A DNA stretch of 64,000 nt, from NCBI RefSeq assembly GCF_018350175.1, contig NC_058368.1, forward strand, positions 229,402,001 to 229,466,000, read 5' to 3'. Made by a program: the position numbers and the translations under genes. The number at the start of each line of letters is the position of its first letter. The stretch's first letter is position 1. Shown here in pieces: positions 63,981-64,000 of the stretch. Below the pieces are notes generated by a model. That model was not told the origin of the DNA, did no database searches, and saw nothing but the letters and a program-made list of their open reading frames with translations. Source of the DNA: Felis catus (taxonomy: Eukaryota).

Positions 63981-64000
63981 GGGGTGCCTGGGTGGCTCAG
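63981..64000 (+). mobile_element. CanSINE 5' start (cut by window end)
   Basis: ggggtgcctgggtggctcag. Confidence 0.9.

Overview
Mammalian nuclear DNA, almost certainly from a felid: it carries about 23 tRNA-derived CanSINEs, including young feliform SINEC_Fc-type copies, plus carnivore-type L1s. The species cannot be fixed from the sequence alone. The window is AT-rich and repeat-dense and looks intronic or intergenic. I could not identify any host protein-coding exon, RNA gene or processed pseudogene; the ORF-track entries are SINE/L1/LTR read-throughs or chance ORFs. Most notable structures: (1) a 5'-intact L1 flanked by a target-site duplication (TSD) at 24037-27829, with a 5'UTR, a disabled ORF1 and the first 118 ORF2 codons fused directly to the ORF2 C-terminus/3'UTR (RT domain missing), and a young SINE in its A-tail; (2) a 711-bp solo LTR with a 6-bp TSD (class II/ERVK-like) at 22060-22770; (3) a 5'-inverted (twin-primed) L1 nested in an older L1; (4) candidate regulatory motifs: a tandem CTCF pair at ~1.9 kb, a CTCF site in the L1 5'UTR, a GATA/STAT5/TATA cluster at 6.6-6.9 kb and a p53 element in a MaLR-type LTR. 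I do not see convincing evidence of a new multi-gene system. Repeat family names are from recalled consensus similarity, and boundaries of ancient repeats are approximate.
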